DNA of 64,000 nucleotides from Haliotis cracherodii (Eukaryota), in assembly GCF_022045235.1 (NCBI RefSeq), contig NW_027266275.1, forward strand, positions 16,492,001 to 16,556,000, given 5' to 3'. Position 1 is the first letter of the stretch. Every line of letters begins with the position of its first letter. This document shows, piece after piece, positions 12,701 to 24,381 of this stretch. The translations under genes and the position numbers were made by a program. Under the pieces are notes generated by a model. The model made no database searches, was not told the DNA's origin, and worked only from the letters and a program-made list of their open reading frames with translations.

Positions 12701-13469
12701 CTTCCCCTCGAGTTTACACCCATAATACACTGGTGCATCCGGGTCTTTGGTCTTCAGGAAATGACGTAGGTTGTCCACAATGATGAATGTGTCATCATCA
12801 GCTTTTAAGAACCAATCGGCTTTGTCCGAATAGAACTTGTCAATGTATTGTAAAGCAGCGATAACCTTCTTGATTAGGTTCTTTCTTTTCTCTGGTATGC
12901 CTAATCCTATTGTTGGGAACTGACGGTCCGTGACGGAACTGAAATACAGCGTTATATCACAGTCACCTCCCCATGTTTCTTTGACAGCAAGAGTTCTGTT
13001 CTTCAAATTCTTTGGTTGGGTAAGTATCCAACACAATATCCGTTGTCCTGGAAAAAAAACAGTGTTATATTACGTACTATCAACAAATTGAAAGCATAAT
13101 CGCATTAAAAGTAACGTACACCATCTGAATGTTTCATTTTCTGAGTTAGCTTTTACACAGGTTGTATGAATGGAAAGGATGTGACGTGTTTTGGTTTCAG
13201 ATTGCGAAAACGATGCGATAAAGACATGCTTTATGTATCAGATTGTGTATCTTGTACATCTGGTTTGTGGTTTAAAGTATATCACCTCGCATGTCAGGAG
13301 GGGATGTCCCACGTTCCTCGGTAAGAAGCGTGTGTTTCAAGCCATCCTGCATACCTCGTGGAAATAATCCACCCTTCCATTTTGAGGTATTCATCTTGAT
13401 GAGAACCAAAGTCAGAACAACAAGAATGCCCGTTACCATGCCAACGTAGAAAGTCCAAGATGTTTTCAT
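9788..13469 (-). CDS. C1GALT1: Glycoprotein-N-acetylgalactosamine 3-beta-galactosyltransferase 1-like (core-1 synthase, GT31), paralogue a, about 328 aa
   Basis: Coding exons 13469-13286, 13047-12428 and 9970-9788 (184+620+183=987 nt) with GT-AG introns of matching phases 1 and 0. N-terminal TM anchor, ILCWILT, VKETWG..CD, ADWFLKADDDT, YHSGGGGYVMS, EDAAVGRC, VSFHY. Confidence 0.92.
10104..10598 (-). mobile_element. Two adjacent SINE family R copies (about 10104-10352 and 10388-10598) in C1GALT1-a intron 2
   Basis: Both match family R from the tail (TTTAACGCCGCACTCAGCAATATTCCAGC) to the head (ATCTTCACGGG). Confidence 0.85.
11872..12042. mobile_element. Degenerate pogo/Tigger-type MITE remnant
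   Basis: Imperfect inverted ends GAAACTCCGCTAATCCGGA and TCCGGTCTAACGAGGTTTCAC with internal subterminal motif repeats. Confidence 0.4.
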
Positions 13470-13694
13470 GCTTGAGTTCTCTACAAAACCAAGATTTGGT
13501 GTGTATATTATACAGAAAAAGGAGATGCCCCGAGTTTAAGTCTCAGTGGTACGATACTACACGATGGAACTATCTTCAATATGAAGCCTATTCAATTAAC
13601 ACCAACAGTCTAATTCACTATCGCCATGTACTGAACATTTAGTTAGTTGGAAGGAAGATATTGAGCGACATTGTGTTATTTTCGCGAACATCTG

Positions 13695-13787
13695 GTGAGG
13701 TGAGGGGAAATGGGGTTTAACGTCGCATCCAAGAATATTGCACTTATGCAGCCACGTGTGTGCGTGCGTGTGCGTGTGCGTGTGCGT

Positions 13788-13834
<47 letters not shown>

Positions 13835-13975
13835 ATGCTGCTTGTACTAGACCGGGCTGATGCCGATTTATAGTGCTAGCACACTGAGATACCATGCCGC
13901 AGTTTAACACAAATACCCCACTCAGACACAGTATACTGACTCCGTGCAGACCAGTCCTTGCTTTGGCAACTTAAC
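13695..13975 (-). mobile_element. SINE family M, 3' part, with an expanded (GT)n/(GTGTGC)n microsatellite
   Basis: Reverse complement matches 5060-5265. The internal CA-rich tract has expanded at about 13757-13833. Confidence 0.8.
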
Positions 13976-14726
13976 CTGGTATCATCACTATTTAATAGTG
14001 ATTCATATACACATGCTCGTGATATAGTCGGAATGGTATAATTTCTTATGATTATGGAAATAGTTTTGTCGCTGTATTTATATTCTTTACAAGTATCCTC
14101 TTTCATTGTGAATGTTAATTTACTTCTTGTGCCTGAATTCCCGGGCCACGGGTGGGAACCCCACATTCGACACGATTATCACTGTGGTAATTATTAATTT
14201 CTTTCTACATTAAACTGACACGTCATGATATACACTAGTGATAGAATTGTTAAAAATAGCCTCAATCCACACTCATAAAATGGACATAACATTCGGTAAG
14301 GTGTCTGCTTGTACTGGAGCGGACTATTGCCAATTTTCACTTGGAAATATCCAACTCAGTCAAAGCATACTGATTCTCGGCCGACCAGTCCTCGTTTTAT
14401 CCACTTAATGCCGACCACCAGGCAGGGTGACAACACGTACAACATCATTTAATGTCTTTTGCTCTGCTGCGGCCGGGGATCGAACCACAGACCTTCCACT
14501 GACCTGGCAGACGCACCATCTACTGGACCAGGTTGGCCGTCCTGGCCTCGTAATTCCATAACGGCGTTTACACTGACCTTAGAAGCACTAGCTCGACGTT
14601 TACTAGCTTTACACCCTGCCTTGGCGATTAGATAAACGTTTTGAATTATTATCTGTACCCAATTCTCTTACTTTGGGACTGTATCGCACTAAACAAACAA
14701 TAATCACCATTGATAAATTGGAGTTA

Positions 14727-14883
14727 CAGTAAACTACGGTTATAACGAACAAGCATATAACGAACTGGCCGATATAACGAACTTATTTTTAGTCCCGGCC
14801 ATTTGTTGTATATATGCTGTTTTACGGTTATAACGAACTAAAATTAGTGGTCCCTTTGAGTTCGTTATAACCGTAGTTTACTG
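14727..14883. mobile_element. 157-bp MITE (Tc1/mariner-pogo type)
   Basis: Perfect 24-bp TIR CAGTAAACTACGGTTATAACGAAC, TA on both flanks, internal repeats of TATAACGAAC. Confidence 0.92.
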
Positions 14884-15034
14884 TAATTTGATAAGACATA
14901 CAAAATCAAAATTTAACCGATTCATAAAACATTTCATGCCAAAGAATCAATACAGATGTGTTATGGTGGAATGCCTTAATAATCTTACTCCATACAGAAC
15001 AGCACTTCCCCAAGTAACTCATCAAGTAACCAGG

Positions 15035-15778
15035 GTATGTGTCTTGGCTAACTGTGTGTCATTGTGAATCGCTGGTAATGTGTGTGATCGTGAATCGTTG
15101 GCTAATTGTGTCTCATAGTAAATCGTTAGCTAATGGTGTGTCATCGTGGATCACTTGTTAATTGTGTGTCGTCGTGAATCATTGGTTAATTGTGCGTCAT
15201 CGTGAATCCTTGGTTAATTGTACATCATTATAAATCGTTGGCTAATGGTGTGTCATCGTGGATCATTTGTTAATTGTGTGTCGTCGTGAATCATTGGGTA
15301 ATTGTGCGTCATCGTGAATCCTTGGTTAATTGTGCATCATTGTAAATCCTTGCTTAATTGTGTGCCATCGTGAATCTTTGGTTAATTGTGCATCATTGTA
15401 AATGATTGGTTAACTGTGTGCCATCGTGAATCCTTGGTTAATTGTGCGTTACCGTGAATCGTTAGTAAATTGTGCGTCATCGTGATTCGTTGGTTGATTG
15501 TGTGTCATCTTGAATCGTTGGCTGATAATATTGTGTTTCACCGCGAATCGTTGGCTAATTGTGTCTCATAGTAAATCGTTAGCTAATGGTGTGTCATCGT
15601 GGATCATTTGTTAATTGTGTGTCATCGTGAATCCTTGGCTAATTGTGTGATACCGTGAATCGTTAGTAAATTGTGCGTCATCGTGAATCGTTGCTCAATA
15701 GTGTGTCATCGTACATCATCAGCCAAATGTGTGTCATAGTGAATCGTTGGCTAACTAAATGTAACCTTGAATCGTTGC
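15035..15778. repeat. Degenerate 28-bp minisatellite
   Basis: Consensus approximately TTGTGTGTCATCGTGAATCGTTGGCTAA, about 26 diverged units. Confidence 0.9.
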
Positions 15779-16416
15779 GAGTTACGATTATCATTTTGAC
15801 ATTTACTGAAGCATTGTAGTATTTATATACTAATTTATGGTTGCACTGAGGTTAGAAATGTGTATGTTGTGATCAATGTATTGATCAATCGATTCCTTCT
15901 TGTGAAGTACTATGTGATTTACCACGAATATTAGGATATAGTTTCATAATGACGTTTACACTCACTGACACTCACACACAATTAGGAACTCAACGAGCAA
16001 GTGTATGTGGAATACATATAGTGGGAACACGTGCTACAGATACACAACCATCAATATTTGAAACAACTGAAACATGTAAAAGAAAAATCTTACCTTTCAC
16101 ATCAAATTAGGATTTGACACAAACCACAAAGAACGCATCCTCCAATACACAATGGTAAACAAGCGAAAATACTTGTTTTGTACCCGCAGAAGGCACATAC
16201 ATTTCCCTGCGTTTGTATTTGACTCGCTGTAAACCAACCTCATGCGCTAATGCATGATAAACTTCCCATGTCAGCGTGTTTGATTACTAATATGTGGAAC
16301 AACCTTCGACGTGGCAACAGGTTTCAGATATTTGTAATGCGATCGGGAGCTTGTAGCGCATAACATGGTCGATGCTTCGGTGTTTGTTCTGAACAAATAT
16401 GTACTATAATGTTCTT

Positions 16417-16435
16417 CACACACACACACACACGC

Positions 16436-16483
<48 letters not shown>
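16417..16483. repeat. (CA)n microsatellite
   Basis: Read directly. Confidence 0.95.
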
Positions 16484-16485
<2 letters not shown>

Positions 16486-16577
16486 ATTTCACCTCCTTAT
16501 ATCAGAAACAAATAGTAAAATAAATAGTATCTTGTGACTTACCTAACATTGGCAAAATTGGTAAGTACTTGCACATA

Positions 16578-16690
16578 GCCCCGTGAAGATTCCGGGGTAG
16601 AATAGGTCTTCAGCAACCCATGCTTGCCTTAAAGGCGACTGTGCTTGTCGTGAGAGGCGACTAACGGGATCGGGTGGTCAGGCTCGATGA
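16578..16690 (+). mobile_element. SINE family R, 5' portion
   Basis: CCCGTGAAGATTCCGGGGTAGAATAGGTCTTCAGCAACCCATGCTTG...GGCGACTAACGGGATCGGGTGGTCAGG. Confidence 0.85.
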
Positions 16691-17249
16691 ATCAGCCCAT
16701 GTCGTCACCGATTATCTCCGACGCTTTACGAACGTTGGACTGGCCTATTAAGCCCCCTTATATGCTCCAATAGAGCATCTGTGTTATGTTTTCGGGCGGA
16801 GAGTGTACGTCCCAGACCCACCAACGTGGTCCAGCGTGGGGTACCTCTTCAGAAGAACAATCTAGAATTTATAACAAAATATTGTCCACGCATTGGGTTA
16901 GGAATTATAAGACTAACCTATGCAGTATAGCTGTTATGTCCTGAATTGGATCGGATATCGTTATATGGACCACACGGGCAATGTTTCCTCTTCATAGCTC
17001 TTGTGGATTCCATTACATGTCGTGTACCATTCATCTGATTAGAGGATGAAGAATAGTTCAATAGTAAACTAAGACCGACTGTGTGTGTGATACCGACCGG
17101 ACATATCAATACAACCATCTGCTGAGTGTTGAACACACTTGATGAGTGACACACGACAGAGTAGTTCGAGCCACTGCGTGTCAAACAACAAGTACTGATA
17201 ATAAACAGAAAAGCACATACTGAGTGTTCAAGCAACAGATTGCGAATCA

Positions 17250-18062
17250 GCAAAACTGTTCCAACTACAGAGTGCATGACAATAAGACAGCTCCCATCTA
17301 GAGTGCTTAACAACAAGACATTTCCAACTACAGTGCTTAACAACAAGACAGTTCCAACTACAGAGTGCTTAACAACAAGACAGTTCCAACTACAGTGCTT
17401 AACAACAAGACAGATCCAACCACAGAGTGCTTAACAACAAGACAGCTCCAACTACAGAGTGCTTAACAACAAGACTGTTCCAACTACAGAGTGCTTAACA
17501 ACAAGACAGTTCCAACTACAGTGCTTAACAACAAGACATTTCCAACTACAGAGTGCTTAACAACAAGACAGTTCCAACTACAGTGCTTAACAACAAGACA
17601 GTTCCAACTACAGAGTGCTTAACAACAAGACTGTTCCAACTACAGAGTGCTTAACAACAAGACAGTTCCAACTACAGTGCTTAACAACAAGACATTTCCA
17701 ACTACAGTGCTTAACAACAAGACAGTTCCAACTACAGAGTGCTTAACAACAAGACAGTTCCAACTACAGTGCTTAACAACAAGACAGTTCCAACTACAGA
17801 GTGCTTAACAACAAGACAGTTCCAACTACAGTGCTTAACAACAAGACAGTTCCAACTACAGAGTGCTTAACAACAAGACTGTTCCAACTATAGGGTGCTT
17901 AACAACAAGACAGTTCCCACTACAGAGTGCTTAACGACAAGACAGTTCCAACTACAGAGTGCTTAACGACAAGACAGTTCCAACTACAGAGTGCTTAACG
18001 ACAAGACAGTTCCAGATACAAGTGTTTAACAAGACGGTTCAAACGACAGTGTGCTTAACAAG
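17250..18062. repeat. 32/30-bp minisatellite just upstream of the first coding exon of C1GALT1-b
   Basis: Unit ACAGTTCCAACTACAGAGTGCTTAACAACAAG (32 bp), frequently alternating with a 30-bp variant lacking AG, about 25 units. Confidence 0.95.
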
Positions 18063-18163
18063 CATTGTATTATAACATGTTACCTACAAATATCTGTACA
18101 GTAGATACGCTTAATACATGCACCACCGTTTTGGACACATGTTGACGATGACGTATCAGGAAC

Positions 18164-21100
18164 ATGGAGGCTGTTAAGTCGGACATGCTGGAGATCCTAT
18201 GTACTAGTGTATCAACACAGCTCAACATGACTGTATATGCTGCTCGAGGCGTTACTCTTGGTCTGACACTTGTCCTCCTTAGTTACAACTTCAAGGTCCA
18301 TCTGATGAACCGCGAGGAAGGTTGCGCACCAAACAAACCCTTTGTCGTGCAAAGACGAGACACGGACGAAACACAACGCAGTGGAAAGTGTACGTATTAT
18401 ACGCATTATGATGGAATTAAATTCAATATGAGAATACATAACATATTAAAGATGTGTCTTGTTGTACCCAGTAAAAATCAAAGTAAGCAAACGCATTTTT
18501 GTTTCTAATTGTTCATTATATTGGCGAATAGTCTTTTCTTTTGGGGTGCATGTGACATGTATTAAACAGATGTTCTCTTTTGTAGCCATTTCATTATTTC
18601 GTGGGGGCACACGGGTGGTCCAGACGTCTAAGGTGCCGCTATTCGCTGTGCAGAGTTGCGTCCCTTGGGCACGCCAGAAACCTATGATTCTGAGTTCGAA
18701 TCCCGGTTCGCCCCGATAATGTTTCTAGGTTTGTCAGCACCATACCCGTGCTCGTGGGTTTCACCGAACTGGTAAACGTCTGAGACCTGCATCACTTCGG
18801 GCTTTCCTCCCACATTAAGCTGACACTCCGCGATATAACTGGAATACTGTTAAAAGCAGCGTTAAACCAGACTCACTCACTCATTATTTCGTTCCATATA
18901 TATACACCTGTACAAAGTATACATGAAAACATAATCAGTATTACTCCAAACCTTGTTAATAGTGTTTGTTTTGGTGAATATATAGGTGTCCTGTTCAGAG
19001 AAGCTGTACTAAACCTTGTCCGTTGTTTATACGGAAATATTCCGCAGGGAATAGACATAATCCCTGAAGTTGCAGGTATTATACATATTCCCTGATTTAA
19101 CAACACTCTTTTAGACATATTCCCGAAACGATTTCTTTCATGGTTGTAAGAAGAATTATTCTCTCTAGTATCAGTGTAACATTGTTAAAGAGTTTATCAA
19201 AAAAGAAAAGATTTAAAAAAAACAACATATGCACATGTTTGTAGCCTGGTTGATGGTCACCTAGTTAACACTGTAATCAGATCAACTTTAGTATACACTT
19301 GTTGTTGTAACTACACATGGTCATTGCTGTAACCACAGCGTACAAACCTGATTCCAGTTTGATGGTCACTAAGTTAACTGTGAAAGGATAAAACATATAG
19401 AACACACTGGTTGATGTGTTTTATTCATTGTTAAATTATTCTTTACAGTGTCAATATAACAAATGTAAAATGCGTTTACTTTGCATTAAGTAAGTTAAAA
19501 CAACCTATACACGTTGTTGTGGCGATATTCAAGGTATAAAATTTCTGACAGTATATACTCCCTCACATTTCCAAAATGGGATTTAAGGAGGATTTCCTAA
19601 AAACCTGTACAAGCGCTATGGTGAAAATAAACGTGTCCTGATACCTCAAAGTATGGCAAAAATATGGGCGAAATATTAGAAGCCACAGGCACATCTAAGA
19701 AGACCTCCATTACAGATGCAGCAAGCTGAACGAGTGGTGAATCGCAGTAAACGTGATTTGTCAGCAGTGACAGTTATCCATCATGATAATCTGTAACTTA
19801 CCTTCATTAACATAAGGAAGAGAATACATGGATGTCAATCTCTTATTATGAGGAACACAACGTCACCTGATGAAGGAGTATGTATCTACTCCGAAACGTT
19901 GTGTTTCTAATGATAAAGAATTTGACATCCATATATTCTCTTCCTTATGTGCATCACTTTTTAAAATGCCTTTCAAAGACCTTTATTAACATTTTTCCCA
20001 AATGCACCATCGAAATACCGTTTCATTTTTAGCCACCAAACATGAGTGCATACTGTCTTTGTCCCAGTGGTTTACTCCTCACACATCATTCCTCTTTCCC
20101 AGTACAGTACGATAGATTAACCGTTGTAGACGATATATTGATACCTTTGTGATATGTACCCTTTTCTCGCCCAGCTCCTCGGCTATTGTGCTGGATACTC
20201 ACACAACCAAAGCATCTCAAAAACAGAACTGCTTCAGTGAAAGAAACATGGGGACGTGAATGTGATATAACACTGTTCTTCAGCTCTTTAAATGACTCTA
20301 CATTCCCTACGATCGGACTTGGGTTTGAAGAAAAACGTAGAAATCTAATCAAGAAAACAATGGGTGCATTGCGCTACATTTTCAAAAACTACTTACACCG
20401 AGCTGATTGGTTCCTCAAAGCTGACGACGATACGTACGTCGTTGTAGACAACCTACGTCACTTCCTGAAAGACAAGGACCCGGATGAGCATGTTTACTAT
20501 GGCTCCAAATTTCGTTTAGAAGATTTGACGTATCACAGTGGAGGAGCAGGTTATGTGATGAGCAGGAAGATGATCAGAAACATAGCACTTCACAGTCAGG
20601 GCACACAAGAGTGCGAAGAGACCGGTCCTGAGGATGTTCGGATGGGGATGTGTGTGAAAGCCCTTGGAGGTGTGACGGGTAATAGTACCGACAACAATAA
20701 CCTGGAAGTCTTTCACTGGTCATCTGCTGATTATTTTATCCGAGGACAAACGGACACGACACCCTCTTGGGTACGTTTGCGTCAGCCATTTTGGGTAGGT
20801 GGTTCATCCTTTGTTGTGTCTGCTCAAACACACCGTCATATACCTGGAATATTGCCGAAAATCAAACATATACCACCGAGGTAACATTTCGAATGAAAGT
20901 TATCATTTTGTATTTTGCATTACCTGAACTAGTCACGTGACACCCCTACGTCTACACTAAAGTTATATTTAAGCAAGGTGCTAGTGTATTTTCAATATTT
21001 GATGACAAAAGTAAAGTTTGCTAATTAATTTGGGATTAACATTTCATCCCTTCATTCATCTCGGTTATCTCTCACAAAATCGCTCAAAGTGCATACATAA

Positions 21101-21367
21101 ATCACGTACACTGGGACAGTTGTACATACATTAACTGTTAGAAATACGTTCAGTCATCAAATAGAAAGCATACTCTTCTAACCGGCCGATAAACGTGCGT
21201 GTTTTGATACACACATATTTTCTTTTATATTTCAGAAGTCTAACAATAAACTGAGCGAAGTGTCAGTATCGTTTCACTACATGATACAGGGGGACATGCG
21301 GACCCTGCATTACCTTCTGAACAACCTCAACGTACATGGATACCACAAACCTGGCACAAGCAGGTAG
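18164..21367 (+). CDS. C1GALT1: Core-1 beta-1,3-galactosyltransferase-like (GT31), paralogue b, about 325 aa (start may instead be ATG 18227)
   Basis: Exons 18164-18389, 20175-20794 and 21236-21367 (226+620+132=978 nt), with the same phases and the same 620-nt middle exon as paralogue a. TM anchor GVTLGLTLVLLSY, ADWFLKADDDT, YHSGGAGYVMS, EDVRMGMC, VSFHY. Confidence 0.9.
18603..18880 (+). mobile_element. tRNA-derived SINE, family L, full length
   Basis: 12-bp TSD TCATTATTTCGT (18591-18602 and 18881-18892), B box GAGTTCGAATCC, (ACTC)n tail. Other copies at 56681-57003 (plus), about 41320-41533 and 27558-27652 (minus). Confidence 0.9.
19810..19980 (+). mobile_element. Penelope-like element remnant (inverted pseudo-LTR) in C1GALT1-b intron 1
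   Basis: About 50-bp imperfect inverted repeat (19810-19863 and 19896-19950) enclosing a hammerhead core. Flanking direct repeat ATTAACAT. Confidence 0.65.
19855..19906 (+). ncRNA. Minimal hammerhead ribozyme motif (Penelope type)
   Basis: CTGATGA (19867-19873), one extra A, stem II GGAGTA/TACTCC with a 6-nt loop, GAAA (19893-19896) and palindromic AACGTT. Confidence 0.65.
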
Positions 21368-21524
21368 CACTTAGGAGTTTTCTGGTTTGGTTCTCTGTTC
21401 TCCTCAGAAACAAACAGAGGTCTTACTTAGGAGTGGTCATGTTTGTGTCTCTGTCATGTTGGCTGTTCTCCTCAGAAACAGACAGGAGTTGAACGTAAGA
21501 ATGGTCATGTTTGTGTATCCGCTC

Positions 21525-22065
21525 AGTGCAGAAATGGGCCTTTGTGCCTCCCGTGTGCGACCATGAACTTTGCCAGGTCATAGTTGGAGGCTTAAAGGAG
21601 GCAGAATGGTTGCCTAGGTCGTTCCAAGGTGGTACACAGGAGGTTCAGACATCGCTATGGACGCCAGGGTCGCCGTGAAGTTCAAAACAGACGCACAAAG
21701 GTCACCGAGGAGGTTGGTTGCTCAAAGGTGGCTCAAAGGATGCAGAAGGGAGGCACAGTGGTTGCCCAATCGTCGCCTGGTAATAGATGCGTTCTGCTGC
21801 AGATTGTCCCGTCAATCTGGGCGATGCTTCTTGTGCCTCCTTTGGGCGACCAACAGGGTGCATTAAACGATGACTCTGGCGACCGCCGTGCCTCCATTAG
21901 GCGACCACGGCAACCATGCCTCTTTTCTGCCTCCTTTGAGATACCTGTAGTGCCTCCTCAGTCTGCCTATAAAAAAGAGGGCTTGTACTTGCAGTGTTTC
22001 AATGTGGCAGCAGACGCTGAACAACGTGACACAAAAAAGACTCAAGACTCAATAGACATAAGACA
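21525..22065. repeat. GC-richer interspersed repeat fragment (GGCGACC/GTGCCTCC motifs) splitting a short ~70-bp tandem repeat 3' of C1GALT1-b
   Basis: Recurrent GGCGACC, GGAGGCAC and GTGCCTCC words in both orientations. CTGTTCTCCTCAGAAACAG-type units occur on both sides (21395-21525 and 22068-22200). Confidence 0.5.
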
Positions 22066-23155
22066 TCTGTTCTCCTTAGAAACAGAAAGAGGTAGCACAC
22101 AGGAGCGGCCATGTTTGTATCTCTGTCAAGTAAGCTGTTCTCTTCAGAAACAGACAGGAGTTGAACTTAAAAATGGCCATGCTTGTATATCCGCTGTTCA
22201 GGAACGAAAACGGATAGCCCTTTAGGAATTATTGTCATAATTGTTTCTCTGTCAAAAGAAAAAAAGAAGACTGTCCAAACAAAATGAAAGCAACACACCA
22301 AGAACTTAAATCCACAGATCGCTAAAGTTACGAGTGATGTATTGACATTAGGTTATCATATAACGTGACAGGGGAAGACTACTAGACAAGGTACTGTACG
22401 CAGCTTTACGACATTTGGTGTTCACATGTAGATATGTATGATATAAAGATTCGAACCATGGGCATTTTGCCTGAAAAATAAACGTGCTAAACAATGTCTT
22501 GTCTAACAATATGAAAACATTGCAGATACAATAATACACATTTACATCTTGTATTTTCATATTGCAACTTTTTTGGTCTCTTTGGATTGAAATAGATATC
22601 TCATTAAACGGTTTACTGAATTTGTTTCGTTACAGTTTTGTTGTTTTCGAATGATACCGTCCTGGCTATTTGATCTAACATCTGACACAAAGTGCCTGCC
22701 AGGTTGGCATGGCATGCGAATAACAGATGGTCGTGCTTATTTCAAAAGAATCAATACTCATTTGATCTATGCTTGTGAAACACAGCCTTAATTGAACAAA
22801 ACTTGGGGCTCAATAATGCTTATTGTCAGAATATCATTATCAACATGTGTGTGCATCACTGATTAACCATGCAGTGTTCCGACTCGAATAGACGGGTTAA
22901 AGGTAGTCATTGATCGTTCATTTCATCGAACGATTTTGATGTAGGCTTTGTGACACGGGGCACGATGTTTACTCGAATGCTGTGTTGTTTTCTCATGCCT
23001 ACAGGTCACATGTGGAGAAAGACAATTCCAACTTGACGTATTCGGTCACCTGGTGCGTATAGTCTTCCAGGTTTTTGATTTGTTTCGATGGCTTATTAGT
23101 CGGAGGATGTCACCCCTAATTTGTGTGTATTTGTCCCAGTCATGGCTACATGCAA

Positions 23156-23258
23156 CTGGGTGCCGTTGTACAAAACAACCTTAGCGCTATGACGATCGTA
23201 AGCCTTTGTTAAGGTATGTAACATTAGCGCTAAGATCGCTTTGTACAACGACACCCAG
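23156..23258. mobile_element. About 100-bp foldback MITE (Harbinger-like ends)
   Basis: CTGGGTGCCGTTGTACAAA...TTTGTACAACGACACCCAG plus inner TAGCGCTA palindromes. Confidence 0.75.
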
Positions 23259-24381
23259 GTCTTACTTTGGAATCCTAAAAATGATATTTACTGTCAATAG
23301 TTTCTTTTCGTTTTAAATTAACTCCTGTCCCATTTAAGGTTTGGCCGACACAGAGTTCAATTTCCTTTATGCGACATATACAACAAGCACACCGATTAAC
23401 TGCCTGTCCATCGTTAGTCTTTACAATAGGCTAGCTAATACTTAAGACTCGGATACATGTTAATACATGCACTGTGCCTGCTGCTGAATTCATCCAGCCT
23501 ATTCCTACTTTGTACCTGTGGTAGGATTCATTGAGCCCATTACTAAATTGTACCTAGAATGTCACAAGGGCTTAGGGTAACTCAAGGCACTTTTCAAGGC
23601 CTCGTGTGGGTTTCAGTCAAAAGGACAAAGGAAGAAGAATTCGGTGTTTATTCCTAGAAAAAGAAACAAAACATTTTTTTAAAAATAGCGCCCATACCGA
23701 TGTAATGCATGTAGCTCGTACGATAAACACAGACACACATTTGAATCTAGATAGAAAACTTTAAGTTACACATTTTCTTTCCCCATCCTGAGTAACTTGT
23801 GGTATGGTCATTCTATCCATAAACAGCTGAACTGACGACCTATTGTTCTTGCTGGACTATTATGAGGGGGCTAGGTACAGGGGTGGAGAGTTTGATTAAC
23901 TTTGTTTGTTTGTTTGTTGTTTAACGCCGCACTCAGCAATATTACAGTTTTACGACGGCGGTCTGTAAATAATCGAGTCTGGACCGTACAATCCAGTGAT
24001 TGACATCATGAGCATCTTGGGATATGATAACATACAATAACCAATAACCAAGTGACAACAGTGAGATGACACGAAAATATCACTGTCGAAAATGGGGTGT
24101 GTGTCATTGTTTAAATACACCGATGTGACAACCACTTTCGAGTCTCGAAACAGCTTAATTAATTATAACCACCCGTTCTAGCGTTTTTCTATAGTAAATA
24201 CATGTCGTGTGCGCCATGTTTGTTCGTCTAGTGGAGGCGGCCATTGTCCAGTCATTGCCTGGGTCAGTGTAGCGCCAGCGCAGTATGCCCAGGGAACCGG
24301 GCTGTCACACGACCAGTACATCCTGGCATGCTAAGGGGCGCAACACCAATGCCACCAGAAATGTCCCTTCTCTCGTACAGT

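Noticed and set aside
21629-22225. 198-aa ORF downstream of C1GALT1-b
   Set aside because: Non-ATG start, no recognisable domain, and it lies in a motif-rich repeat fragment.
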